37,975 nt of DNA from positions 1 to 37,975 of the forward strand of contig JBBTYF010000040.1 in assembly GCA_038061935.1 (NCBI GenBank). The letters are read 5' to 3'. Positions 25,824 through 32,699 of this stretch are shown here, one piece after another. The DNA comes from Patescibacteria group bacterium. Lineage in GTDB: Bacteria > Patescibacteriota > Minisyncoccia > Minisyncoccales > MHMH01. The notes beneath the pieces are model-generated. The model saw only the letters and a list, made by a program, of their open reading frames with translations. It ran no database searches and was not told where the DNA came from. Made by a program: the position numbers and the translations under genes. The number at the start of each line of letters is the position of its first letter. Position 1 is the stretch's first letter.

Positions 25824-27347
25824 CTACATTTTCTCCGGAGCAGAGATGCCCATTAAAGATAATGTATTCTTTAAAACTATTTTCGTAGCCAAAACCAAGC
25901 TTAAACGGGCTTGAGTCAAATTTTTGTCTTCAGAAATCACCCGGCAATCTCTATAGAATTGGTGGAAAACCGTGGCCAGATCAACCGCATATTGTGGTAG
26001 CCGCTGAATTTGAAAATCTTGAGCGGTATCTTCGACGATCTCCGGCAATCTCATTAATCGCCTGATAAGCTTTAACTCCATCGGATGCTCCAGTAAATTT
26101 GAAAGAGGTTCGGCCTCTTTCATTTTGGCTTTGCGTAAAATACTGCAAATGCGAGCATGAGCGTATTGAATATAATAAACGGGGTTGTTTTCCGACTGTT
26201 CCTTAGCTAAAGCTAAATCGAAGTTTAAATGGGTATCAGGGCTTTTTGTCAAAAAGAAGAAGCGAACGACATCCAAGCCAACCTCGTCAATTAATTCATC
26301 CAACGTAACGTAGGTGCCCGTTCTTTTAGACATCCTGATCTCTTTTCCCTCACGGATTAATCTGACCAACTGCATGACGATAATATCGATCTGTTTTTTA
26401 TCATAACCCAGGGCCTCCGCCGCAGCTAAAATTCTCGCTACATAGCCGTAATGATCAGCGCCCCAAAAGAAAATCAGTTTTTTAAAACCTCGAGTAAACT
26501 TATTTTTGAGATAAGCGACATCGGAAGCCAAGTACGTCTCCTCTCCTCCGGCTTTAACCAGAACCCTGTCCTTATCATCGCCGAACTGGGTGGATTTGAA
26601 CCATAAGGCTCCTTCTGATTCGTAAGACAGGTTTTCCTTTTTTAAAATATCTAAGACCGCGGCTACTTCTTTTTTTTGATACAGTATTTTTTCGGAAAAC
26701 CAGATATCAAACTTAATTTTCATTTTCAAAACCTGAGGCTTAATCATTTCCTGAAGAACGATTTTCGCGGCGGATTCGCCGACTTTTTCCGGATCACTGC
26801 CTTTTATTGTTTTCTTTAATTCTTCGATATATTGACCCCGGTAAACAGCCTCTGAGTCGCCGATGACCGAGTGTCCTAATTTTTTAACTTGCTCGCCCGT
26901 ATCATTAATATAATACTCGCGCTTTGCCTCAAAGCCGGCTTTATTTAAAACATTGGCCAGAACATCGCCGCAAAACCCGCCACGGCCGTTGCCCAGAGTT
27001 AAAGGGCCGGTGGGATTAGCAGAAATAAATTCCACATTTACTTTTTGGCCGCGGCCAATCCTGAGTTTACCGAAGGATTCTTTTTGCTTTAAAATCACGT
27101 CGACTTGTTTTTGCAGATATTCCTTGGATAAAAAAAAGTTAATGAAACCCGGGCCGGCCGCCTCGATTTTTTCAAATAAGTCTGCCCGTAAACGCCCGAC
27201 TATTTCATTAGCCGGTTTTTTGAGCCGTAAGGCGATATTCGTTGTGTAATCGCCGAAGCCCTCCCCTTCGGGGTAAGTTACCTTAATTTCGTCTTCGGAA
27301 GCGGAGGTCGCCTTTTGGATTAGTTTAATTATTTCTTGCCTTATCAT
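25824..27347 (-). CDS. argS: Arginyl-tRNA synthetase
   Basis: SANPTGPL, MSKRTG, YIQYAHARICSILRKA and the C-terminal anticodon-binding domain ending ...EKM. The HIGH position reads TLGN. Confidence 0.93.
   Translation of the reverse strand: MIRQEIIKLIQKATSASEDEIKVTYPEGEGFGDYTTNIALRLKKPANEIVGRLRADLFEKIEAAGPGFINFFLSKEYLQKQVDVILKQKESFGKLRIGRGQKVNVEFISANPTGPLTLGNGRGGFCGDVLANVLNKAGFEAKREYYINDTGEQVKKLGHSVIGDSEAVYRGQYIEELKKTIKGSDPEKVGESAAKIVLQEMIKPQVLKMKIKFDIWFSEKILYQKKEVAAVLDILKKENLSYESEGALWFKSTQFGDDKDRVLVKAGGEETYLASDVAYLKNKFTRGFKKLIFFWGADHYGYVARILAAAEALGYDKKQIDIIVMQLVRLIREGKEIRMSKRTGTYVTLDELIDEVGLDVVRFFFLTKSPDTHLNFDLALAKEQSENNPVYYIQYAHARICSILRKAKMKEAEPLSNLLEHPMELKLIRRLMRLPEIVEDTAQDFQIQRLPQYAVDLATVFHQFYRDCRVISEDKNLTQARLSLVLATKIVLKNTLSLMGISAPEKM
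26100..26126 (-). repeat. 27-nt hairpin module, copy 2 (in frame in argS)
   Basis: Identical to 22943-22969, with a 9-bp stem (26100-26108 / 26114-26122). It also encodes KMKEAEPLS. Confidence 0.9.
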
Positions 27348-27688
27348 TATAAAAACTTAACGAATTTATTGTTTTCATCTACGAGAACATTTTTGCATTC
27401 AACCGGCTTATCGGCTAATTCAAAACCCATAATGACGATTTTTTCACCGCGTTTGATTAAAAGAGCCGCTGCTCCGTTGGTGCAAACTTCTCCAGAATCA
27501 TTTTGACCGGCGATGACATAGGTTTCAAGCCTGACGCCCGAAGATAGGCTCGCCACTAATACTTTTTCTCCGTTTAAAAAACCCGCTTTTCCTAAAAGAG
27601 AGTGATCAACGGTAATGCTGCCAGCATAATCTGGTTTAGCTTCGGTCACGGTTGCTCTGTGGATTTTTGATCTTAAAAACCATCTCAT
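27347..27688 (-). CDS. panD: Aspartate 1-decarboxylase proenzyme
   Basis: LRSKIHRATVTEAKPDYAGSITVD contains the Gly-Ser self-cleavage site. The length is 113 aa. Confidence 0.88.
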   Translation of the reverse strand: MRWFLRSKIHRATVTEAKPDYAGSITVDHSLLGKAGFLNGEKVLVASLSSGVRLETYVIAGQNDSGEVCTNGAAALLIKRGEKIVIMGFELADKPVECKNVLVDENNKFVKFL

Positions 27689-27697
27689 AATTACTTT

Positions 27698-27726
27698 AGT
27701 TTATCTCATATTTATGATTTTGCCAA
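27698..27726 (-). promoter_or_regulatory. Sigma70-like promoter for the panD-argS-ileS array
   Basis: The minus strand reads TTGGCA (27721-27726), a 17-nt spacer, then TAAACT (27698-27703). The -10 box ends 9 nt before the panD ATG, so the leader would be very short. Confidence 0.45.
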
Positions 27727-27740
27727 TTTCGTGATAAATT
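27712..27740 (+). promoter_or_regulatory. Sigma70-like extended -10 promoter for smpB, divergent from and overlapping the panD promoter
   Basis: TTATGA, a 17-nt spacer, then TGaTAAATT. The -10 box ends 6 nt before the smpB ATG (27747), which suggests a leaderless transcript. Confidence 0.4.
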
Positions 27741-27746
27741 GAAAAC

Positions 27747-28193
27747 ATGGAGGAAATAAAAAACAAAAGGGCCTCTTTCGACTACGAATTCTTGGAGAAC
27801 TTCGAGGCAGGCATGGTGCTTTCAGGAAATGAGGTAAAATCAATAAACTCAGGACACATGTCACTCGTCGGCTCTTATGTTGTTTTAAAGGGCGGCGAGG
27901 TTTGGCTGATTAACGCCAATGTCGCGCCCTACCAGCCTAAAAACACGCCCAAAGACTATGCCCCTACCCGATCAAGGAAACTCCTTTTAAAAAAGAAAGA
28001 AATCCAATATCTCTTTGGCAAATCCCAGGAAAGAGGCTTGACTTTAATACCATTGAGGGTATATAGTAATAAGGGTAAAATAAAGATAGAGTTCGCCGTA
28101 GCCCGAGGAAAGAAAAAAGCTGATAAGAAAGAATTGATCAAAAAAAGGGAAACCAGGAAGGAAGTTGAGAGAGAGTTAAAAATGCGGGGGTGA
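27747..28193 (+). CDS. smpB: SsrA-binding protein
   Basis: NKRASFDYEF, SGNEVKS, YQPKNT...R.RKLLL and a basic C-terminal tail. tmRNA is immediately adjacent. Confidence 0.93.
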   Translation: MEEIKNKRASFDYEFLENFEAGMVLSGNEVKSINSGHMSLVGSYVVLKGGEVWLINANVAPYQPKNTPKDYAPTRSRKLLLKKKEIQYLFGKSQERGLTLIPLRVYSNKGKIKIEFAVARGKKKADKKELIKKRETRKEVERELKMRG

Positions 28194-28541
28194 CAGGCTT
28201 CGACAGAGATCTTTTTTCAAAATCGGCAAATCCAGTATTCTGGAATCTGGCTAAACTTCCGGAAACCGAGATATGGCAACATATTTCAAAAACCTGTCCT
28301 CGCCTACGCTTAGTAAGCGGGACCATCCAACCTTAACTATTCTCGATAATAAGGATTGGGTGTCATAATCTCGAGATAGGCAGAATCGCTTCCGCTTCGA
28401 GCGGTTCTCCGAAAAGTTAGAAGCTAGAAATATCGGAATTTTGCCTGTTTTACATCCGATGTTTCGAAAATTAAAACAGACTAAATTTGTAGAGAGATTT
28501 TGATAATATTTCTGGACGGGACTTCAATGTCCCCACCTCCA
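28186..28541 (+). ncRNA. ssrA: tmRNA (transfer-messenger RNA)
   Basis: The 5' end GGGGGUGACAGGCUUCGACAG is canonical. The 3' end is GGACGGGACUUCAAUGUCCC-CACCUCC-A. Acceptor strand GGGGGUG pairs with CACCUCC and includes a G3:U alanine-identity pair. The likely tag ORF is GGC AAC ATA TTT CAA AAA CCT GTC CTC GCC TAC GCT TAG TAA (28275-28316), giving GNIFQKPVLAYA with a double stop in a small hairpin. CCA is not encoded: ACAC follows the stem. Confidence 0.88.
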
Positions 28542-28545
28542 CACC

Positions 28546-29058
28546 TTGAACACAAGAATAATCGCCAATACGCAAATAAGGGCTAAAGAAGTCAGAGTTA
28601 TCGATGAAACTGGAAAACAGCTGGGTGTTATGGGTTTGGAACAGGCTCTGCGCTTAGCTTATGAACACAACCTGGATTTAATCCAGGTGACCGAAAAGGT
28701 TGACCCGCCGGTTTGTAAGATCATGGATTACGGCAAGTACTCTTACCAGGCAAAAAAGAAAGAACAATCGGCCTCAAAGAAACAAAAAATCAGCGAGCTT
28801 AAAGGAATCAGACTGACCTTCAATATCGGTCAGCACGACATGGAAACCAGGGCCCATCAGGCGGAAAAATTCCTGAAAGAGGGCGATAAGGTGAGAATCG
28901 ATATTGTTTTAAGGGGCAGAGAAAAGGCCATGAGTGACTTTGCTAGAGAAAAAATCGGTAAGTTTCTGGAAGTATTACAAGGATTCATCCCCTATAAAAT
29001 TGAAAGGGAGTTAAAAAAAGAGATGAGGGGTTTTTCAATGATTATATCCAAACAATGA
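28546..29058 (+). CDS. infC: Translation initiation factor IF-3
   Basis: IRAKEVRVIDETGKQLGVM, LDLIQV...PPVCKIMDYGKY and a C-terminal domain. There is no ATG. The track start is the TTG at 28546, and ATA/ATC codons at 28558-28563 are alternatives. No SD is visible. Confidence 0.88.
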   Translation: MNTRIIANTQIRAKEVRVIDETGKQLGVMGLEQALRLAYEHNLDLIQVTEKVDPPVCKIMDYGKYSYQAKKKEQSASKKQKISELKGIRLTFNIGQHDMETRAHQAEKFLKEGDKVRIDIVLRGREKAMSDFAREKIGKFLEVLQGFIPYKIERELKKEMRGFSMIISKQ

Positions 29059-29249
29059 TTATGAAAATGAAAACGAGAAAATCTATCACGAAACGCTTTA
29101 AAATAACCAAGAACGGCAAGATTATGAGAAGACTTACCGGTCTTGACCATTACCTGGCGAAAAAATCAGGCGAAAGGGGAAGGCGCGGCAGAAAATGGAT
29201 CACGGTTTCAGTGCCCGAAACAAAAAAACTCAAAAAACTATTAAGATAA
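29055..29249 (+). CDS. rpmI: Ribosomal protein L35
   Basis: MKMKTRKSITKRFKITKNGKIMRR. ATGA overlap with the infC stop. The true start may be the ATG at 29061. Confidence 0.9.
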   Translation: MIMKMKTRKSITKRFKITKNGKIMRRLTGLDHYLAKKSGERGRRGRKWITVSVPETKKLKKLLR

Positions 29250-29252
29250 ACC

Positions 29253-29272
29253 TTAGCCTTCGGCTAATTTTT
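29253..29272 (+). promoter_or_regulatory. Small hairpin plus T-tract between rpmI and rplT
   Basis: TTAGCC-TTC-GGCTAA followed by TTTTT. It could be a weak attenuator inside the infC-rpmI-rplT operon. Confidence 0.3.
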
Positions 29273-29283
29273 GATTATTTACT

Positions 29284-29634
29284 ATGGTTAGAATAAAAGG
29301 AGGCGTCACAGCTCATAAGCACCACAAGCATTTATTAAAACATGCTAAGGGTTTTCGTTGGGGAAGAAAAAATAAATTCCGAGCGGCAAAAGACGCCTTG
29401 CGTCATGCCTGGGAATACGCTTACCGCGACAGAAAGGCGAATAAAAGAGAAAAGAGGGCCCTCTGGCAACTCCAGATCAACGCCGCCTGCCATGAAGCAG
29501 GTTTAAACTACAGTAAATTCGCTTTCAGCTTAAGAAAAAACAAAATTGAGCTTGATCGGAAGATTCTCTCTCGGCTTTGCCAAGACAATCCTGAAATCTT
29601 CAAGAAAATATTGGAAAAAGTAAAAAGCCAATAA
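29284..29634 (+). CDS. rplT: Ribosomal protein L20
   Basis: MVRIKGGVTAHKHHKHLLKHAKGFRWGRKN...YAYRDRK...R.LW..RINAA. Confidence 0.95.
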   Translation: MVRIKGGVTAHKHHKHLLKHAKGFRWGRKNKFRAAKDALRHAWEYAYRDRKANKREKRALWQLQINAACHEAGLNYSKFAFSLRKNKIELDRKILSRLCQDNPEIFKKILEKVKSQ

Positions 29635-29643
29635 AAAACAAAG

Positions 29644-29672
29644 AACCTACTAAATCCTTAGTAGGTTTTTTG
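29644..29672. terminator. Bidirectional intrinsic terminator between the convergent rplT and GNAT genes
   Basis: AACCTACTAA-ATCC-TTAGTAGGTT is a 10-bp stem. It is followed by TTTTTT and preceded by an A-rich tract. Confidence 0.8.
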
Positions 29673-29686
29673 TTAAAGCGATATAA

Positions 29687-30187
29687 TTAGATATCCCTGA
29701 TTAATGAAACTTCGTTGCAATCATCAGGGAACCTTGAGCAGTTGATGCATTCCTGCCAAATTTTTTGGGGCAGATTAGACTTGCCGATTTTTTTAAAACC
29801 GCTGTTCTGAAAAAATTTTACGTTTTTCGGAGTAGTTAACATAAACAACTTATCTATTTCCATTTCCTTAGCTTCCCTAATACACTCTTTAACCAGCTGC
29901 GTACCGATACCTTTACCGCGTTCTTCTTTTAAGATAGCTAATGACCTTACTTCAGCTAAAACAGCCCCCTTGTGACCAGGTCGGTATTCCTTTCCTAAAA
30001 CATGAAGAGCGCAGCAGCCGATAACTTTATTTTCTTTTTCGGCAATAAAAAAATCCCTGATATTAGTATAAATCTCGTAAATAGGCCTAAGCAGCATAAC
30101 GCTCTCTTCGGCGTAAGTATCAATGGTTTTTTTTATTTTGGCTGCGTCGCTGATTTTAGCTTTTCGAAAAATAATCTTTGGCTTCAT
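29687..30187 (-). CDS. GNAT-family N-acetyltransferase (ArgA/COG1246-like)
   Basis: The acetyl-CoA motif RGKGIGTQLV is present. The C-terminus has a Cys-rich tail (QECINCSRFPDDC). I place the start at the ATG at 30187 (MKPKIIFRKA), which overlaps the polX TGA as ATGA. Confidence 0.8.
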   Translation of the reverse strand: MKPKIIFRKAKISDAAKIKKTIDTYAEESVMLLRPIYEIYTNIRDFFIAEKENKVIGCCALHVLGKEYRPGHKGAVLAEVRSLAILKEERGKGIGTQLVKECIREAKEMEIDKLFMLTTPKNVKFFQNSGFKKIGKSNLPQKIWQECINCSRFPDDCNEVSLIRDI

Positions 30188-31914
30188 TTTAAAAACTTTA
30201 ACATTTTCTGCAAAGAGTGGCAATTAATTACGTCGTTTTTCCCTGCCCAGCCCCGGCGCGCTTGGGCAATGCCGGGCCCTATCATTTTTAACTGACCCTT
30301 ATGATGGGCATCGGTATTAATCACTATTTTGACTTGAGCCTCTTTTGCCTTTCGGATATTTTGATCGTTAAGATCTAATCTCTCGGGCCAGGCGTTAACC
30401 TCTAAAACAGTGCCTGTTTCTTTAGCGGCTTTTAAAACTTTATCGAAGTCTATTTGATATTCGTCCCGCTTCTTTAAAATCCTGCCTGTGGGATGGGAAA
30501 TAATATCGACATTCGGATTTTTCATCGCCTGAATTAGGCGAGTAGTCATTCTGTCGCGCGGCATCTTAAAATTAGAGTGGATGCCTGCGATGACATAGTC
30601 TAATTTTTGGAGGACTTTGTCCTCGATATCAATTGATCCATCATTTAAAATATTCGCCTCGCAGCCTTTTAAAACGCGGAATTTTGATTTCTGTTTTTGG
30701 AATTTTAGATTAATCTTGTCGATTTCTTTATTCCGTCGTTCTAATTGCTTTTCGTTCAAACCGCGCTCAATTCTCAAAAACTTAGTGTGGTCGGCAATGC
30801 CTATATATTCATAACCCATATTCATGGCGGCTTGGGTCATCTCGGCGATAGAGTTAGTCCCGCCGTCCCAATCGGAATGAGCGTGCAGATCTCCCCGAAT
30901 ATCGCTGTAGCCGATGATTTGCGGCAATTTATGAGCTAAAGCAACTTCAACCTCGCCACGGTCTTCTCTCATCTCCGGCGGCACCCACGACATCCCTAAG
31001 GCCTTGTACACGTCTTCTTCGGTTTCACTCGCAATCATTTTTGGACCGCGGAATAAGCCGTATTCAGAAAGCTTCAGCCCCTTCCCCATGGCTATGCGCC
31101 TCGTTGCGATATTGTGCTCTTTCGAACCGGTAAAATACTGCAAGGCCGCGCCATAAACTTTTTTAGGCACCACTCGGATATCCATATCAAACCCCTCTCT
31201 GGTCCTCACCGAGGCCTTAGTGGTACCCTTGCCCCAGATTTTGACAACACCCGGCATAGAAACAAAAGAATCCATCACCAGCGATGGATTTTTAGCAATC
31301 ACCAAAAAATCAACATCGCCAATCGTTTCTTTCATCCTTCTTAAAGAACCGCAATAATCCACCCTTTCCACGCCCTTGATGGTTTTCAGTTTTTCGTAAA
31401 CTTCTGTGGCTTTGGGCAGAATCTCGTTCAATAAAAACCTTCCCTTGCTTCTTTTAACGAATTTAATGCCCTCGAGAATGTTTTTTTCCGTCTTTTCTCC
31501 GAACCCGAACAAAAGCGAGATTTTATGAGTTCTCGCCGCTTTTTCTAGAGTTTTCAAGTCTTTGACTCCCAGCCTTTGATAAAGAATTTTGGCGCGCTTT
31601 GGCCCTACGCCCTCAACCGCGCTGAGTTCTTGAAAATTAATCGGCGTTTTCTTTTTAAGGGCATCGTAATATTGCAGCTTCCCTGTTTTAAGATATTCCT
31701 CAATATGTTCAGCAATATTCTTGCCCACGCCTGATAATTCTTCTAGGGCTTTTTTACCGCCATTCTTGTAAACCTCTTCGATATCCTCCTCAAGCGTCTC
31801 TATGGTCAAGGCCGCTTTTTCATAAGCGTAGGGCTTGAAAGGAACCTCGTCCATCGCCAGGAAATTCGCTATCTCATAAAGAATTTTGGCGATCTCTTGG
31901 TTTTTCACCCCCAC
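30184..31914 (-). CDS. polX: Family X DNA polymerase with a C-terminal PHP domain
   Basis: N-terminal HhH/8-kDa domain (NQEIAKILYEIANFL), Pol-beta palm (GSLRRMKETIGDVDFLV) and PHP motifs (GDLHAHSDWDGG, ADH, NTDAHH). Only GTG starts are available (31914 or 31908). The ancestral ATG appears to be displaced; see the finding at 31904-32052. Confidence 0.9.
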   Translation of the reverse strand: MGVKNQEIAKILYEIANFLAMDEVPFKPYAYEKAALTIETLEEDIEEVYKNGGKKALEELSGVGKNIAEHIEEYLKTGKLQYYDALKKKTPINFQELSAVEGVGPKRAKILYQRLGVKDLKTLEKAARTHKISLLFGFGEKTEKNILEGIKFVKRSKGRFLLNEILPKATEVYEKLKTIKGVERVDYCGSLRRMKETIGDVDFLVIAKNPSLVMDSFVSMPGVVKIWGKGTTKASVRTREGFDMDIRVVPKKVYGAALQYFTGSKEHNIATRRIAMGKGLKLSEYGLFRGPKMIASETEEDVYKALGMSWVPPEMREDRGEVEVALAHKLPQIIGYSDIRGDLHAHSDWDGGTNSIAEMTQAAMNMGYEYIGIADHTKFLRIERGLNEKQLERRNKEIDKINLKFQKQKSKFRVLKGCEANILNDGSIDIEDKVLQKLDYVIAGIHSNFKMPRDRMTTRLIQAMKNPNVDIISHPTGRILKKRDEYQIDFDKVLKAAKETGTVLEVNAWPERLDLNDQNIRKAKEAQVKIVINTDAHHKGQLKMIGPGIAQARRGWAGKNDVINCHSLQKMLKFLK

Positions 31915-32048
31915 ACCAAACGAGTTTATATCTTAAAACTAAAATTAGTTTTTAGAATTTCGCTCGCTGTAATTAATTATTAATCTTTATCCCCGCAACT
32001 AATATTGTCTTTAAGATAATTTTAGTAAAACTCGCTATGGTGTGGGGG
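31908..32048. mobile_element. 141-nt MITE-like non-autonomous element
   Basis: Terminal inverted repeats are CCCCCACACCAAACGAG (31908-31924) and CTCGCTATGGTGTGGGGG (32031-32048). Both sides are flanked by TTCA (31904-31907 and 32049-32052). The interior is AT-rich and has no ORF of its own. Confidence 0.6.
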
Positions 32049-32057
32049 TTCATGTTT

Positions 32058-32681
32058 TTAGAAAGGTTTTTCCGAAGGTGGCAGGCGGGGCGCAAAATGG
32101 TCTTTGAGAAAAATGGCAGGGCGCATTAATAATAAGGCAGAGGAAGAAAGTAATCCAAAGAAACTGACTAGGATAAAGACAATGGGAAACCCGAAAATGC
32201 TAGCCAATAAAGCGCCGAAAGCTCCGGCAATGCCGGCGGCAAACCCGATGCCGGTGCTTTCCAAACTCCAAGAAAAGGCCTCTCGGCCCTTATCAATATG
32301 CCTGGTAAAAATGCCTGACCAGGTCGGGATGACGCAAGCCATACTCAAGCCCCTGATAAATTCCAGGGCAAAAATATGCCAAGGCAGGGTGGCAAAAACA
32401 TAGCCCAAAGGAATTAAATTGGCTATATACATCCCGACCACTAAAAATTTAAAATCGTCTATCTCGCCGTGATTTTTGTCTAACTGATGAGCAATGAAGG
32501 GCTGCGCGACTGATTTGGTAATCCAGTAGCTGGCCGCCACCAGGCCCACCATTTTTAAATTGCCGCCTTGGATTTGTTGGGTTAAAAAAATGGCGAAAAT
32601 CGGCGCCATTAAGCCCCAGCCCGATTGAAGCAAAAAATCTGAAGCGATTAAAACCTTGATAACCCGGTTGACATTAACCAT
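32058..32681 (-). CDS. Six-TM MFS-half-like membrane protein
   Basis: 207 aa with about 6 TM segments and a loop HQLDKNHGEIDD resembling MFS motif A. It is half the usual MFS size. Confidence 0.5.
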   Translation of the reverse strand: MVNVNRVIKVLIASDFLLQSGWGLMAPIFAIFLTQQIQGGNLKMVGLVAASYWITKSVAQPFIAHQLDKNHGEIDDFKFLVVGMYIANLIPLGYVFATLPWHIFALEFIRGLSMACVIPTWSGIFTRHIDKGREAFSWSLESTGIGFAAGIAGAFGALLASIFGFPIVFILVSFFGLLSSSALLLMRPAIFLKDHFAPRLPPSEKPF

Positions 32682-32699
32682 ATTAATTTATTTTAACAC

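Noticed and set aside
20-27688. Five aminoacyl-tRNA synthetase genes and 22 co-directional genes in 27 kb as a special 'aaRS island'
   Set aside because: It is most simply explained by the compaction and strand bias of a small genome. The genes are unrelated housekeeping functions with no signs of mobility. The unusual features are inside individual genes and are reported separately.
28138-28326. 62-aa minus-strand ORF
   Set aside because: It lies antisense within the tmRNA gene and the smpB 3' end, so it is spurious.
31973-32053. 26-codon ORF (MNPHTIASFTKIILKTILVAGIKINN) starting at the displaced polX ATG
   Set aside because: It reads into the AT-rich MITE-like element. It is best explained as a by-product of the insertion rather than a gene.
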